Shown: positions 35,455 through 49,284, numbered from the stretch's first letter. The stretch is 64,000 bases of DNA from Camelus ferus (GCF_009834535.1 NC_045697.1:104286001-104350000), one strand, 5' to 3'. Made by a program: numbers and translations. The notes: generated by a model not told the origin, from the sequence alone.

Positions 35455-35662
35455 AGGGGCTGGATTCAATTAAGTCTGGGAAATGTTAGACTGAAGGTTA
35501 ATAGGTTTGCCACCACAGAACTTCTCAGATTCTCTAAGAAAGTCCTTTGATGCTCTCAATGAGAGGTATGTAGAAAGTGGATAGTGATTCCCAAATTTAT
35601 TCACTGTGGAACTATTTTACCTTGAGCACCTTGCAGATGGAATACCCTTTGAGGAGTGCTAA
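35455..35662. mobile_element. Probable hAT-Charlie MITE remnant (MER112-like)
   Basis: TAAGTCTGGGAAATGTTAG, CAGAACTTCTCAGA and TTCCCAAATTTATTCACTGTGGAAC; weak recall-based match. Confidence 0.35.
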
Positions 35663-36380
35663 TTTACATCATACTCATCACAGAGAAACAGATAGATAGG
35701 CAGGGAGGTAGACACTTACATACAGGTAATTATAAGGCAGTTTTTGAAATATTGCTGTAATTTGCTTATGAGTTTTATTGATATTTTAAAATTAATCATA
35801 ATTTGTCTGAATTTAATCTTCTCTTACAGGTTAAGAAAGCACAATATTTTTCTGACTGTCTTTCCCTTGTCCTCCATGGCTGTGAGTTATGTAATGGTCA
35901 CCTCTGGTCTGTCGAAAGATCTTCTTGAGGGCTCAATTATAAACAGTTATTTCCCTTTGACCTTGTACCCCAGTCAATATTTTCCCTGAGGCACTACTTG
36001 CATGTTTTCTTTTGCGAAAGGGTTAGAAGTGCTGTTGACTGCCATTTAGGAGAGAAATTCTGAATGAAGACTAACTAAATGAAAACCACGGCATACCAGA
36101 GTTGAAGTCTTAAAAAGACATAACCTAAGTGAGTGAAAACATAGACACATATTTCTTATACAAAACGACACTGTCTGTGACTTTAGAATGCTTAACCAAT
36201 GATACATGAAAGGTAACAGCTGATTCTCATCTTTGGAAGACTAGGACTGGACCCACTGGCAGCCCCACACACAGACTTATGCATGCATTCACACAGAGAC
36301 ATGCACACACCCTTGAACTTTATGTAGGCAAAGCAAGTGAAAGACACAGGAAGAGAAAAGATAAATGTCACCTATTTCCA

Positions 36381-36708
36381 TGAAATCCTGCCATTTGCAA
36401 CAACATGGAAGGATCTTGAAGGTATTATGCTAAGTGAAATGAGTCAGAAGGAGAAAGACAAATACTGTAAGATTTCACTTACACGTAGAATCTAAAAAAA
36501 GGAAACAAATGAACAAACAAACAAAAGCCTCATAGATACAGAGAACAGATTAACGGTTACCAGAGGGGAAGGGGGTACAGGGATGATTGAAAAGGATGAA
36601 AGCGGTCAACTGTCTGGTGATGGATGGTAGCTAGACATGTGGTGGTGATCACTCTATAGTGTATACAGATGTCGAATTACAATGCTGTACATCTGAAACT
36701 CATATAAC
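36381..36708 (+). mobile_element. L1 ORF2 end / 3' UTR fragment
   Basis: TGAAATCCTGCCATTTGCAACAACATGGAAGGATCTTGAAGGTATTATGCTAAGTGAAATGAGTCAG (EILPFATTWKDLEGIMLSEMSQ). Confidence 0.85.
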
Positions 36709-36715
36709 ACACAGA

Positions 36716-36932
36716 CACAGTGAACCCTAATGCAAACTATGACCTTTAGCTAATAATAAGGTATCAATATTGGTTTATCAGTTAATACAAATGTACCTCA
36801 CTAATGCAAGATGTAGGAGAAATTATGTGCAAGGGAAGACAGAGTATAAGAAACTCTCTGTACTTCCTGCCTGATTTTTCTGTAAATCCAAAACTGCTCT
36901 AAAAAATAAAGTCTAGTAATAAAAAAACAAAA
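36716..36932 (+). mobile_element. Older L1 3' end (L1MC-like)
   Basis: AGTGAACCCTAATGCAAACTATGACCTTTAG..CAAATGTACCTCACTAATGCAAGATGT..AAACTGCTCTAAAAAATAAAGTCTA. Confidence 0.75.
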
Positions 36933-39814
36933 CACTTCTTTCCTAATTTTTCCCAGACCAAACTATATAAATCTGATTTTTTTTTTAAGTCACACTCCCC
37001 TATCCCGCTAGCTTGGTAAGTTCCTTAATGCTTAGTCATGAATGCTTATTTCATCTGCTCACATACCATCGTGCATCACCAGCTAGCGGAGGTCACCTGC
37101 TCAACATGATGGAGCAGCTCTTCAGCCCCCATTAGACCTCATCAGCTGGGCCATGCAGGAACCAGGATGAGGCACCTCCCACCATTCAGAGGAGAGAGTA
37201 ACAACAACATTTAAATATCCTCCCGTGGTTCTGTCACATATCAAGAAAAATGGGCCCCAGCTTTGTGTCATCCTAGTGTGTTTATCGAGCCAACATCTCT
37301 GAAATAACAACTGCAGAGTAAACACTAAGACCAAAATAGGCAAGGAGCTCACTAGCCTGAGAGTTTACTGTGATCCATAGATTCAAAGCAGAACTGCTTT
37401 TGGCATCTGACAGAAGGCCCAGCCAGGCCACAGGCCCAGGACTTGGACATGATCTTTGTGGCCCTGGATTCTCTAGAACTTGGCCATTCAGACAGAAGAA
37501 CGTAGGCTGGAGCAGCACATCATGGGCAGGGAGAGGGGAGGCCTGCCATTCCAGGAGCTCTCTCTCCTTTGCTGTGTTGACACCATCCTCATCATCCCTG
37601 ACCCCACCTTCAGACTACCAGAAATAGCCTCTTGGTCTGGAAGAACCTAGTCCTGACATTGCCCTTGGTAAAAACAAGGAAACATCCACAGTTCTCATTT
37701 TCATGATTTCAGCCAAGGCAATTTCCTATGCACCCCGCCACACCACAAAATGTGCTTGATGCACGGTCCAAGTGTCCCCAAGCTGCACAACTGCGCTGGG
37801 AGAAGTAGCGATTCCAGCTTGTCCAAAGGGTTTGCTCTTGAAAGGGCAAGATGTCCAGGAAGCAGTCGCCACCCCTTCCTGGTAGGGAAAGGGCCAGGAG
37901 CTCTGGGTGGCCAGAGGTATCTCCTGGGCTACAATGATCTACCTTAGAAACGACTCCTCAGCAGAAATGCCTGTCAGTGTGATGTTTTTGAAGGGACAGA
38001 ATGTTTATATTTTAACAGGCAAACAGCAAAAAGAAGCTGTCTGTGTGGAAATCGGACCTGCCCAGGCCCAAATCATTCACATGTCTCCTCCGACAGATTC
38101 TGGAATCCTGTTTCTGTCCATGTTCCCTGGAACAGAGTACTGTGCAGTCACCTGACTACAGCAAAGAGCCCTGGCCTCATCATCAGTGTCTCCTGCTACT
38201 TTCTGCAGCTACTGCACTCAATCTTTATCTATCTACCCCGACTCTCTCCTTCCCTAGCGCGTTCTAAAAACAATCCTTCACTGGATCACAGACCTCTCCA
38301 CTTTTCAGAGCCGGCTCCCAGCAACTGGAGCATCGATCAAGTTCTGGAAATAACTCCAAGCAGCTGAAAAGAGAGGCTCAGCTAAAACACTGACTGAGAA
38401 GTCACTGGAGGTTGAGAGAGTAGTGAGGTGTAAGGAAAGTCCATTCCAGCACAGCTTGTAAACCGGAAACAGCAAGGTGATATGATCCACCGGGTTGAAC
38501 ACTTGACCTCTGACCCTTTGCGACTCCTCTCTGCCTTGGCACTTTTGGATTTATTTCAATGAACAGAACCAAGGGTACCTATTCTATGTACCACACCCCT
38601 AAGATGAAAAAGACAAGTTTTGTAAACTGTCAGGTCAATGAGAGATTTACATCCCTGTATCTGGAGCAGTTCCTAAGCAGCATTATGCCCCCAGCATTTA
38701 GAACAGTTCCTGAACATTATTGAATCCCCAGTATCTGGACCAGGATATACCCCACAGTAAGCATCAAATAAGTTTTTGCAGGATCAATGAAATAACCATA
38801 GTCACTGCTTACTGTCGCTCACATGGAGCAGCTTGATGTCACGCTTGAGGCCAGGAGCTGCAGGTTTTAGTTAGCACACAGACACAGGGCTCTGCTCTGC
38901 TCTATTGCGAATTGGTCAAGATTTATGACATCAGAAAGGAGAAGCTGCATTACTGGTATGTCTTTGTCTCATCCATCATGGGAAACGCCACACACTGAGC
39001 CCCATAAATCTAGTCCTCTCCCTTCCCAACCCCCACGTCCCTTTGCTTCTCTGAGGGACTCTGCGAGCGGTGGTCCCCGGGCCCCAGGACTCGGCCTCTC
39101 CTGGTCGCTCTGGGCAGGCACGCAGCTTGGTCAGCGGGAATCTCGGGGCTCCCTGGCCTGTGACTCGGAAAGAGTGATCCGGGCTTGCTGACAGCCTCCA
39201 GACCCCAGGGGATAGACGCGTCCCTGTCTCTGATGCTACCCCAGAACAGAGGGAGCAAGGCACCTCCTCAGGCTCCTCCTCCATCCTCCATCCACCCTGG
39301 AAGGCTGCCTGTTCCTGCCGTGACTACTGTTCCCTCTTGCTTATTCACACAGGACTGGTTGGATGGGGATGGGAGTTTGGGTGTGGAGTCCACGAGGAAA
39401 AAGGCAAGCAGGGAGGAGAAGACAATGAAGCCACTTTCCAGAAGTGCAGTTAGTTTCTAGGAAAAAAAATACTGATGGTGATTTTTTTATTTTTTAAATT
39501 CAGTCAGTTGAGAAGATAGGAACTAGAATAAGGTTTCAATAACAAAGAAATTCATTCTCTAAATCAATTCCTGGTGTCCCAAAGTACCCAGGAGAGAGGG
39601 TAAATGACATTTGACCATATGTTATCAAAATATGCATAGATTTCTGGTTTGTTGTAAAGAAATTATATACGAGTAAAATTCACTAAGAGTATAGAGTATC
39701 TTCCAAGTATCTCAGCTGATCGAAACTAAGCTGTCCTGCCTGTCTGGGCTGTGAATGTTTTAAGGCATGGCCCATGGGCAGATTACTGGTCCACATGCTG
39801 ATCTTATAACTTTG

Positions 39815-39950
39815 CGTTGTGTTGTTAAGAGACCAGCTTTACAGTCAGGTGACCTGCGTTCAAAGTCTCACTCCGCCATTTACTATGTCATCTTGGGCAA
39901 CTTTACTGCAGTTTTTTTCATCTATAAAATTGTGGGTAACAATAATAATA
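39815..39950 (+). mobile_element. MIR SINE fragment
   Basis: GTTAAGAG..AGTCAGGTGACCTGCGTTCAAAGTCTCACTCCGCCATTTACTATGTCATCTTGGGCAA..TCATCTATAAAAT. Confidence 0.6.
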
Positions 39951-40249
39951 CAGTGGTCCCCCCCTTATCCAGGGGGATGCATGAAGGCCCCCAGAGGATG
40001 CCTGAAACCATGGACAGTATAGAACCCTCTATATACTATGTTCTTTCTGTTGCTAATGGTGGGTAGCACATACAGCTTGGATACACTGGACAGAGGGATG
40101 ATTCCCACCCCAGGCAGGACAAAGAACAGCACGAGATGTCACCATGCTGCTCAGAACAGCGTGCAACTTGAAACTTATGAGTTGTTTATTTCTGGAATTT
40201 TCCGTTTAATATTTTCAAATCTAGGTTGACCACAGGTAATTGAAACCAT
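39951..40249 (-). mobile_element. TcMar-Tigger MITE, MER44-like (one TIR lost)
   Basis: TA then the TIR CAGTGGTCCCCCCTTATCC; later AAACTTATGAGTTGTTTATTTCTGGAATTTTCCGTTTAATATTTTC..GGTTGACCACAGGTAATTGAAACC. Confidence 0.75.
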
Positions 40250-42289
40250 TTCAAATCAACCCTAATGTCAAAATACTTTTAAAATAAGGATATTATTATC
40301 CTCTATATATTTTGGTATTTTCTGAACATTCTTGCAATGAGCATACAAAAATAAAAATGGTTTATAACTAAAATAGATCATTAGAATAAACACATTCAAA
40401 TAACAGAAATCATCAGTAGGCTTTCAGAAAATAAATTCAGCCTTTAAAACGTAGTATTAGAGGGATTGAGAGATACACTCAAATTTAGAATCTGTTTTAG
40501 CAGAGAAGCATTCATCTTATTTGTTTGAAGTCAAGGTCAACAGTACAAATGTTGGACAGGGCTGATGAACAAATTTGCTACGACATGTCTTTACTAAGAG
40601 TCCCCTTCCTGACTACAGACAATAACATAGACACTGCCACTACTTAGGGCGGGGACCAAAGGAGAATGTGTTATCCATCTAGAAATTAGGGAAGAACCTA
40701 TCACTGTCAATGTCAACTGCCTCAAATTCTATAATTTTGTGAGAATTAAATAAGTAGCTAAGGTTAAATAAATTCTTTATTTTCCAACTAGTTTTTGTGC
40801 TTCAATACAGACAAATGCACAATACCAAAATATTAAATATTAATTGTGCCCTGACAATTCAATCACCTTAAAAAGATTTTTATAAAAGCAAAATTATTAA
40901 AATTTAAAACAAACACTTATTCTCATGCAGAAGCAAAGAGACACTATTCTTGCATCATTTTTAACAACAATTAAAATCATAAAACTATGCTATGTGTATT
41001 CTCACAAACTCTTTGTGACTTCTTAGATCTAATTTTTATTTTCTTCATTCATACTATTCTTTTAATTACACGATAAATCCGGATATCAGAAAATCATTTT
41101 TGAGACTTTCAGTTTACTTTTTTAAAAAAATGAAATCCTGGAAGGTAAAAAGTTTGACAATATTTGATTAGGAGATAAGATAGATCTTCATTTAAAAATG
41201 TTTTGAAGATTAAGAAAAATAGAATTTTAATCCTCTGATGTTTCCTTTTTCAAATACTTAGTGATTGATTTCCCCCCCTGAAATTTCTACATATATGTCA
41301 TCAGGTCATGGTTGTGGTGATGGTGGTTGATAGTTTTAAGAAAATATTTTTTGGAGACTATAATTCTCGCAACACGTTTAAAGTCCTATATTCTAAGGAA
41401 CAGAGTTTTAGGGTAATTCTTTTGTAAGGAAGAGAGCAAGGTGTCTTAATTGACATAAGGAACCATCACAATGAATACAACAGAGCTTTAAAAGCCAATC
41501 AGTCCCATACCAGCACAGCTAGTGCTGGAGGACACCTTTGTCTGTGATCCCATTTCGGACTTGGTACATCTAACCTACAGCTGCAGCTCACAGCCACTAG
41601 AGGTCAGACTTTTACATCCATCCCTAACAGATGTTGAACTTGAGTCTGAGACCATGGTGTCTCTTTTCCCAGCACCCCATTAACTTCTTCAAATTGGCTT
41701 TATCACCACCAAATATGAGAAGGTTTTATATACAAATATAAGAAATAAATATTTTACTTCCCCAGGTAGAAATAATTTCATGAGAAAAAGAGAAGCAAAA
41801 GGTGAAAATTAAGAAGGCATTCTTTTAGGGAGAGTGCTCTGGACTGAGGACGAAGGGTGAAAACCAAATAGCCCACAAATCATTCTGAAAAGATAAGGAG
41901 AAAGCAAAAACATCTACGTGAGCAGTCTGATGATCAAAATTGTATTAAGATACCTGTTTTCATTCATTAAAGTAAAACCCTTCTTCACCAAAATAATAAT
42001 ACAAATAATAGCATGTCATAGTAGTAATAATGGTAGTGATAAGGTGGTGATGACGGTGGAGGCTGCAAGAGTACCCAACATGCATCAAACGCGTTGTTCT
42101 AAACACTTGTTATTATAACCTCATCTTAGGGGTGAGAGAACCCGACATAGATGATTTTTCTAATAGTTATCAGGAGCCTGGAAAACTATTTCTATCTTTG
42201 GCAACTACAGTCTCACATTTGAAAGTCTGGACAAAGAAAAGAATTCAAATGGCGGGGGGAGAGTCAATAGCTTTGCACTGTTGACATGA

Positions 42290-42590
42290 AGATATCATAT
42301 TAATCGCAGCGTTATTTATAACAGCAGAATGTAGAAACAACCTAACTATCTAATAATAGTAGAACAACCAAATAAAATAGTAAATACGATTTAGTCATTA
42401 CAATTATATTTATGAAGATTAGAAACAACTTTTTTCTTTTTGAATAAAGCAACTGAGGAAATTGTGTCTGTATGAATGAAACTATGTAAAATACGTGCAT
42501 ATATGGAAGAAGATAAAGAAATCTGATAGAAAAATAATGTATTTGATAAAGCGTAGTTTTATAGGGGTTATATACAGACTTTAAAAGTAA
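42290..42590 (+). mobile_element. Ancient L1 (L1ME-like) 3' fragment
   Basis: ATCGCAGCGTTATTTATAACAGCAGAATGTAGAAACAACCTAACTATCTAATAATAG. Confidence 0.5.
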
Positions 42591-43753
42591 AAATCCTGGA
42601 AAAAAAATTTTAAGATATTGCCAAAGGATACAATGTGAAAATTTTTCCTCGTGGGACTTTAGAACATAAGCAAACTGAATTTATTTGACATAATTGGCAC
42701 TCAGCCAAGATTCATCCAGCAGCCTTTCTACTTCCCACATCCAGGTTGCCAACTACATCCTTCAAAGCACCCACAAGATTCAGCAGGTAATAGTTACTGT
42801 TTTTGTTAGTAGTAATATTAATAAACTAAACGTGTATGGAGCTTTATAATTTTTTAAATGTTTAACCAAGCTTTTTTCATGGCCAATTCCTGTGAACAAA
42901 CCTTGTCATTTAGCATCGCACAGTGCCCCCAGCGGAATGACATCCCGGAAGAGAGCAGTGAAAGAAATTCAGATGGGCATGAATGCGCTTTGGACCACAG
43001 AGCAGCAACTGGTACAGCAAACAGGGCGCGGACTTGCTTAGCCTTTCAACCAACCCCGCTGCATCCTTAAGTCACAAAGATACAGCACACTGGGCATATT
43101 AACCCTCTCTTAGAAGCATTCTTACAAAGGACAGCAGGCCTTCACAAGATACAACAGATCTCCCCTTTTGCTCTGAATTCCTCTTCCTGTCTCACTCCAT
43201 CTTCCTAAGAACTGCTGTTTGTGGTTTTTAAAGCTATCACTGCAGTCACCCCGGACCAACTGAATGAGTGCAGTGCCTGAAAAACTTGATTTTCTAAAAA
43301 GCTTTTAAAAGTCAAAGCAATATCTTTTTTAGACAGCAAAGTCAAAGAGGTAGAAAACTGTAATCAACCTTTAAAGTTAGCCCATGCTTAGATAGGTCCT
43401 TTTCTGGACATGAGCATTTCTTGTAAGAAATCACCTACCAGTTAGGAAATAAGAAGCCTGTTTAATCCACACAACCTCCAGCTGTTGGACAAAACCCACA
43501 GCTGTTCTTCTTCGTATCTTCCCACACACTGTCCACATCGAACCCACAAGTTAAAGTCTAAAATGCCTCTTTCTTTTACACATTATGGCAGAGTACAAAT
43601 CATGAAATATAGCCGCAGCCCAACAATCAGAGAGAGGCAGAAAATTCAGCAATAAATATTCCCACGTGGTCACGAAAGTAAGCAGCTGGTTTTGTTCAGA
43701 GATGTGAGGAAGCAGATAACTCGAGCAAAACACTGATAAAGACTCTGAGCTTA

Positions 43754-45220
43754 GAAAGAAGTACATGCCAGTATCTCTGATGAATGCAGATGCAAAAAAA
43801 TCCTTAACAAAATACTAGCAAACTGAATTTAACAGTACATTAAAGGAATCACACACCTTGATCAAGTGGGATTTACCCCTGGGATGCAACAATGGTTCAA
43901 CACAGCAAATCAATTAATGGGACGCATCACATTAATAGAGTGAAAGATAAAAATCATATGATCATCTCAGTAGATGCAGAAAAGCATTTCACAAAATTCA
44001 ACAGCCTTTTATGATAAAAATCTCTCAACAAATTGGCTATAGAAGGAACATACCTCAACATAATAAAAGCCATATATGACAAACCCACAGCTAACACCAT
44101 ACTCATGGTAAAAGGTTAAAAGCTTTTCCTCTAGATCAGGAACAAGACAAGGGTGTCCATTCTTGCTATTTTTATTCAACATAGTACTGGAAGTCCTGGC
44201 CAGAGCAATTTAGGCAAGAAAAAGAAATAAAAGGCATCAAATCAGAAAAGAAGAAGTAAAACTGTCTCTGTTTGCAGATAATGTGATCTTAAATATGCAA
44301 AATCCAAAAATTCTACCAGAAAAAACCTATTAGAACTGATAAATGAATTCAATAAAGTTGTAGAATACAAAGTCATTATACAAAATCAGCTGTGTTTCTA
44401 TACACTAACAATGAATAATCTGAAAAAGAAATAAAATAATCACATTTATAATAGCATCAAAAAGAACAAAATGCATAGGAATATATTTAACCATGGAGGT
44501 AAAGATCTGTACGCTGAAATAAAAGGAAAGATATCCAGTACTCATGGATACCAGTATTATTAAAGTCCATACTACCTAAAGCATTCTATAAGTTCAGTGC
44601 AATCTCTGTCAAAATTCCAACAGCGTTTTTCACAGAAATTGAAAAATCAATCCCAAAATTTGAATGAAAACCCCAAAACCCCCAAATAGCCAAAGCAATT
44701 CTGAGAAAGAAGAACAAAGCTGGAGGCTTCACATTTCCTGATTTCAATCTATATTGTAAGCTGTAATAATCAAAACAGTATGGTACTGGCATAAAATACA
44801 GACACATAGGCCAATGGAACAAAATCAAGGGCCCAGAATTAAATGCACACATATATCATCAATGAATACTGGACAAGGGAGCTAAGTATACTCAACTGGG
44901 AAAGGATAATCACTTCAATAAATGGTGTGGAAAAAACTGGACAACCACATGCAAAAGAATGAAACTGGACCCTATCTCAACACTAATTCACAAAAATTAA
45001 CTCAAAATGGTTACAGATAAACATAAGACCTGAAACTGTAAAACTCCTAAAGGAAAACACAGAGAAAAACTCCTTGACATTGGTCTTGGCAATGATTTTA
45101 TGGATATGACACCAAAAGCATGAGCGACAAAAGCAACTATAAATAAATGGGACTACATCAAACCAAAAAGCTTTACACAGAAGAAACCATCAACAAAATG
45201 AAAAGTCAACCTATGGAATT
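43754..45220 (+). mobile_element. L1 ORF2 reverse-transcriptase-region fragment, inactivated
   Basis: Translates piecewise to [33 protein letters not shown] and LSLFADNVI (catalytic FADD changed to FADN). Multiple frameshifts and stops; no 3' UTR or poly-A. Confidence 0.92.
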
Positions 45221-45298
45221 TGAAGACTACATCAAACCAAAAAGCTTTACACAGAAGAAACCATCAACAAAATGAAAAGTCAACCTATGGAATTTGAA
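45151..45298. repeat. Perfect 74-bp tandem duplication
   Basis: GACTACATCA...CTATGGAATTTGAA occurs at 45151-45224 and 45225-45298 with no mismatch seen. Confidence 0.95.
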
Positions 45299-45689
45299 TA
45301 CTGAGTGCACCTTTAGGTGTCACTGAAGATGATACTGACATGATGGGAATTAAGGGGCCAAATCAACATTTCATGAACATCTGCCTTGGTACCCTTCATG
45401 CTGAGATAAGAACAAAGGAAAAGAGACACAAAATTACTCAAGTTCTAATTCCATAGCACACCCTCTGCCTTCCAGGACCATCAATTCTCATAGTTCTTAC
45501 ATGTGTGAACCAATGATTTGCATGTTGCTCCCTGAAAACACACCAAAACATTTCAAATCATATTCTTGAAGTTTTCTCTAACATACTGCTGTGTGTAATT
45601 TCTCTAACATGCTGTGTATTGTTAATTTTGGGGCCTAAATTTTCAAATATTTTTCCAGAGGTGTCATAACTTCATTCAAAAAGTGACAG

Positions 45690-45915
45690 GGAGTAGTGTT
45701 TAAGAGCTTTGAAATCAGGCAGACCAGAATTCAAGTTCATGGGCTCACCATGTACACTGTGAACCCTTGGACAATTCACTAACCTATTTTAAGCACCTTA
45801 ATTGAATAAGGGCAGTAATAGTGCACTTCACACAGAGTCAGTGCAAAGACTGAATGGAAGACAACATACAAAGACCCTAACAATACAATAAGCCTTTGAA
45901 AATATTGGTTATTGT
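45690..45915 (+). mobile_element. MIR SINE
   Basis: GTAGTGTTTAAGAGCTTTGAAATCAGGCAGACCAGAATTCAAG..CCCTTGGACAATTCACTAACC. Confidence 0.55.
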
Positions 45916-45960
45916 CACTGTAGTGTGTAACATCCTAAAGAATCTAGAGGAAGTAAATAT

Positions 45961-47605
45961 TTATTTTTTTTAATTTATTTAATTTATTTAAAAATTTTAA
46001 ACTCATTGCTTTTTTTTTTAATTGCAATACAGTTGACGTACAATATTATGTCAGTTTTAGGTGTACAACATAGTGATTTGATATTTAAATACATTACAAA
46101 ATTATCACAATAAGTCCAGTCACCATGTGTCCCCATAAAATATTATTATAGTATTATTGACTATATTTTATGCTGTATATTACATCTACATGACTTATTT
46201 ATTTTTTAACTGGAAGTTTGGACCTCTTAATCCCCTTTACCTATTTCTTCCATCCCCTTGCCCTCTTCTGCTCTAGCAACAACCAGTTTGCTCTCTGTAT
46301 CTGTTAATCTGTTTCTGTTTTATTTTGTTTTCTTAGATTTCACATGTAAGTGAGATCACACAGTATTTGTCTTTCTCTGTCTGACTTATTTCACTTAGCA
46401 TAATACCTCTAAGTCCATCCATGTTATTGCAAATGGCAGTATTTCATTCTTTTTAAGGCTGAGTAATATTTCATTTTGTGTGTATATATATACATACATA
46501 TAAAATCTTATTTATCCATTCATCCGTTGATGGACACTGAGTTGCTTCCATATCTTGGCTATTAAAAATAATGCTACTATGAACACTGAAGTGCATGTAT
46601 CATTTAAAATTAGTGTTTTTATTTTTTTCAGATATATACCCAGGAATGGTATTGCTGGATAATATGGTAGCTCTGTTTTTAGTTTTTTGAGGAACCTCCA
46701 TACTGTCTTCTACAAGGATTGTACCAATTTACATTCCTACCAAAAGTGCACAAGAATTCTCTTTTCTCCACATCCTTGCTAATATATTCTGTTTTGTCTT
46801 TTTGATAATAAACATTCTAACAGATACGAGGCAATATCTCAGTGTAGTTTTGATTTGCATTACCCTGATTAGTGATATTGAGCATCTTTTCCACTGTCAG
46901 CCATCTGTATGTCTTCTTTGGGAAACTGTCTATTCAGGTCCTTTGCCCATTTTTTGATCAGATTGTCTGGTTTTTTTAATATTGAGGTTTTTTTTAAATA
47001 AATTTAATATTGACTATTAATATTAATATGGGTTCTTCATACATTCTGTATATTAACCCCTTATCAGATATACTGTTTACAAAGATCTTCTCCCATTCAG
47101 TAGTGTGCCTTTTCATTTTATTGATTTCTTTCACTGCGCAAATGCATTTTAGTTTGATGTAATCCCATTTGTTTATTTTTGCTTCTGTTTCCCTTGCCTA
47201 AGGAGTCAAATCCAAAAAATATTGCTAAAACCAATGTCAAAGAATATACTGCCTATGCTTTCTTCTAGAAATTTTATGGTTTCAGGTTTTATGTTTAATT
47301 CTTCAACCCATTTTGAGTTCATTTTTGTATACAGTGTAAGATAATGGCTCAGTTTCATTCTTTTGAATGTAGCCGTCCAGTTTCCTCAGCACCATTTATT
47401 GAAGAGGATGTCTTTTCTCCATTGTGTATTCTTGCCTCCTTTGTCATAGATTGACCATACAAGCGTGGGCTTATTTCTGGGCTCTCTATTCCATTCCATT
47501 GATCCCTGTGTCTATTTTAGGCCAATACCATACTGTTTTGATTACTGTGGCTTTGTAGTATAGTTTGAACTCAGGGAGCGAGCTACCATCTAATTGTTCT
47601 TCTTT
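45961..47605 (-). mobile_element. 5'-truncated L1 (ORF2 3' part + 3' UTR + A-rich tail)
   Basis: T-rich tail at 45961-46020, then continuous antisense L1 text to CCATACTGTTTTGATTACTGTGGCTTTGTAGTATAGTTTGAA. Probable TSD GAGGAAGTAAATATT / GAGAAAGTAAATGTC. Confidence 0.92.
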
Positions 47606-49284
47606 TGGAGAAAGTAAATGTCTTTAAACGCTATTTTCCAAAGTCAAATATTTCTCCAAAAGACTAAGAATCTGTCCATACAAAGTCACAAAAAATACAT
47701 ATATCTAGATAAAGAATAAACTTTAAAGTTTTAGCTCCACAGACAATTTCTGTTAGATAATAGAGAAATGTGAGACACTAGCACAGGCCTTCCACAAGTG
47801 CCATCACTTAACATTTTGAAAAGAATTTTAAAGTATTTTCCATTTCAACCCTCCTCAAACCCTTCAGATTCAAAACCACAACTGCTCTTACCCAACTCTG
47901 AATGAACAAAGTTTGCCACTTGTAAGTAAACAAAACATTACAGATATGTTTACATGCTGGTCATGGTTATCTCATGGAGCAAAAAATCCTTCCCAAACCT
48001 ACCCCAGCTTCCCTTTCTTACAGCTTTAAATCTCCTTATCTATGGTTCCTCCTACAGCCCCCACGTTTCTTTGGGGAACCAAAGTTCCCACAACACTCCT
48101 CCATCCCAGTGTGAAACTTGATAAATAAATTGGGATTGCAGTAGCCAACTGATTTACATCCCTCGGGTATGAAAGTACTAACTTAAAAGTACTAAATCTT
48201 AGCTATTTCATGTCACCATAACCTTCTCTTCTGTCTTCTCTGGCTCTTGCTTTTACATAAATGTATGCTGTGCTTTTAAGTAAACCACATGGTCAGATGT
48301 AAGTATTTTTTTTAAATTCAAGTTGTTCATACAGCATTTACGAGAGTTACTTCATTTGGGGGAAAAAAGATGGAATCATTTAGTCCCTTTGACTTTTTTC
48401 TGAACTTTCTTCTTTTTTCTTTTCCTCTTTATATGTCTCTTTAATAAGTGACATCCCTCCAAATCACATTCAGAAGGTCAACTACAAGGTCAACTACACT
48501 CCCTATCAAAAATGTTCATGAAAATTTGAGAGGAAATTGCTGTTTTCTGCACTCTATGCTTAAAATATCATTCAAAATTTTTGACAAAAAGGTTTTGTCT
48601 CTTTGCAGCCCTTTCAGTGCTTTTAACATTATGGTATGTGGCACCAGAAATATAGAAGTTTCCATGACAAGGATCTCCCACACACCATATTAAGGCTGTG
48701 GTCCTCAGATTTGCAGGCTTAGATATCTGAGAATTAACCCTGTCCTAGTGTAGGCTCAGTACATAGAGACTGATAACCAAAATTCCAATTTTTTCACCAA
48801 CAGTGAACAAAATACTTCCCATTCAAAGGGAAATGCTTGAATCATCAATCAGTACTTTCTCTCTCTTTAGGGAAGACACCTAGAATGTCAGATTACAATC
48901 AGGAAGTTGCTCAGTAGGCGAGATAAAGAAATAAATTAGAACATAAAGAATTAAACACAAAGAAATGAATTAGAGACTAGTCAGCAGCCAATATACACCA
49001 GCCACAGAGACCTGAGTGCCCATGTCCCAAAGCTGGAGAAGCTCCTCCCAAATCCACTTATAACTACTAACCTCTGACTTTTCAGGATAAACTTCTAAGT
49101 TCTAAGCGAGTATATTCTTCCTGTTCACCAAGTCCATTTCAGAATAATACCAAAGACTAGAGTTTTGCATATAAGATTACCACTGTGTCCTAGACTCTCT
49201 GTGATTACTCTCAGAACATCTCCATTAAAGTTCAGGAAAATATGGCTGAAACCAGTGAAAATAATTTTGTGCCTAGTTAAAGAC

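Noticed and set aside
43754..45220. Functional reverse transcriptase gene
   Set aside because: An L1 ORF2 fragment with frameshifts, stops and FADD changed to FADN.
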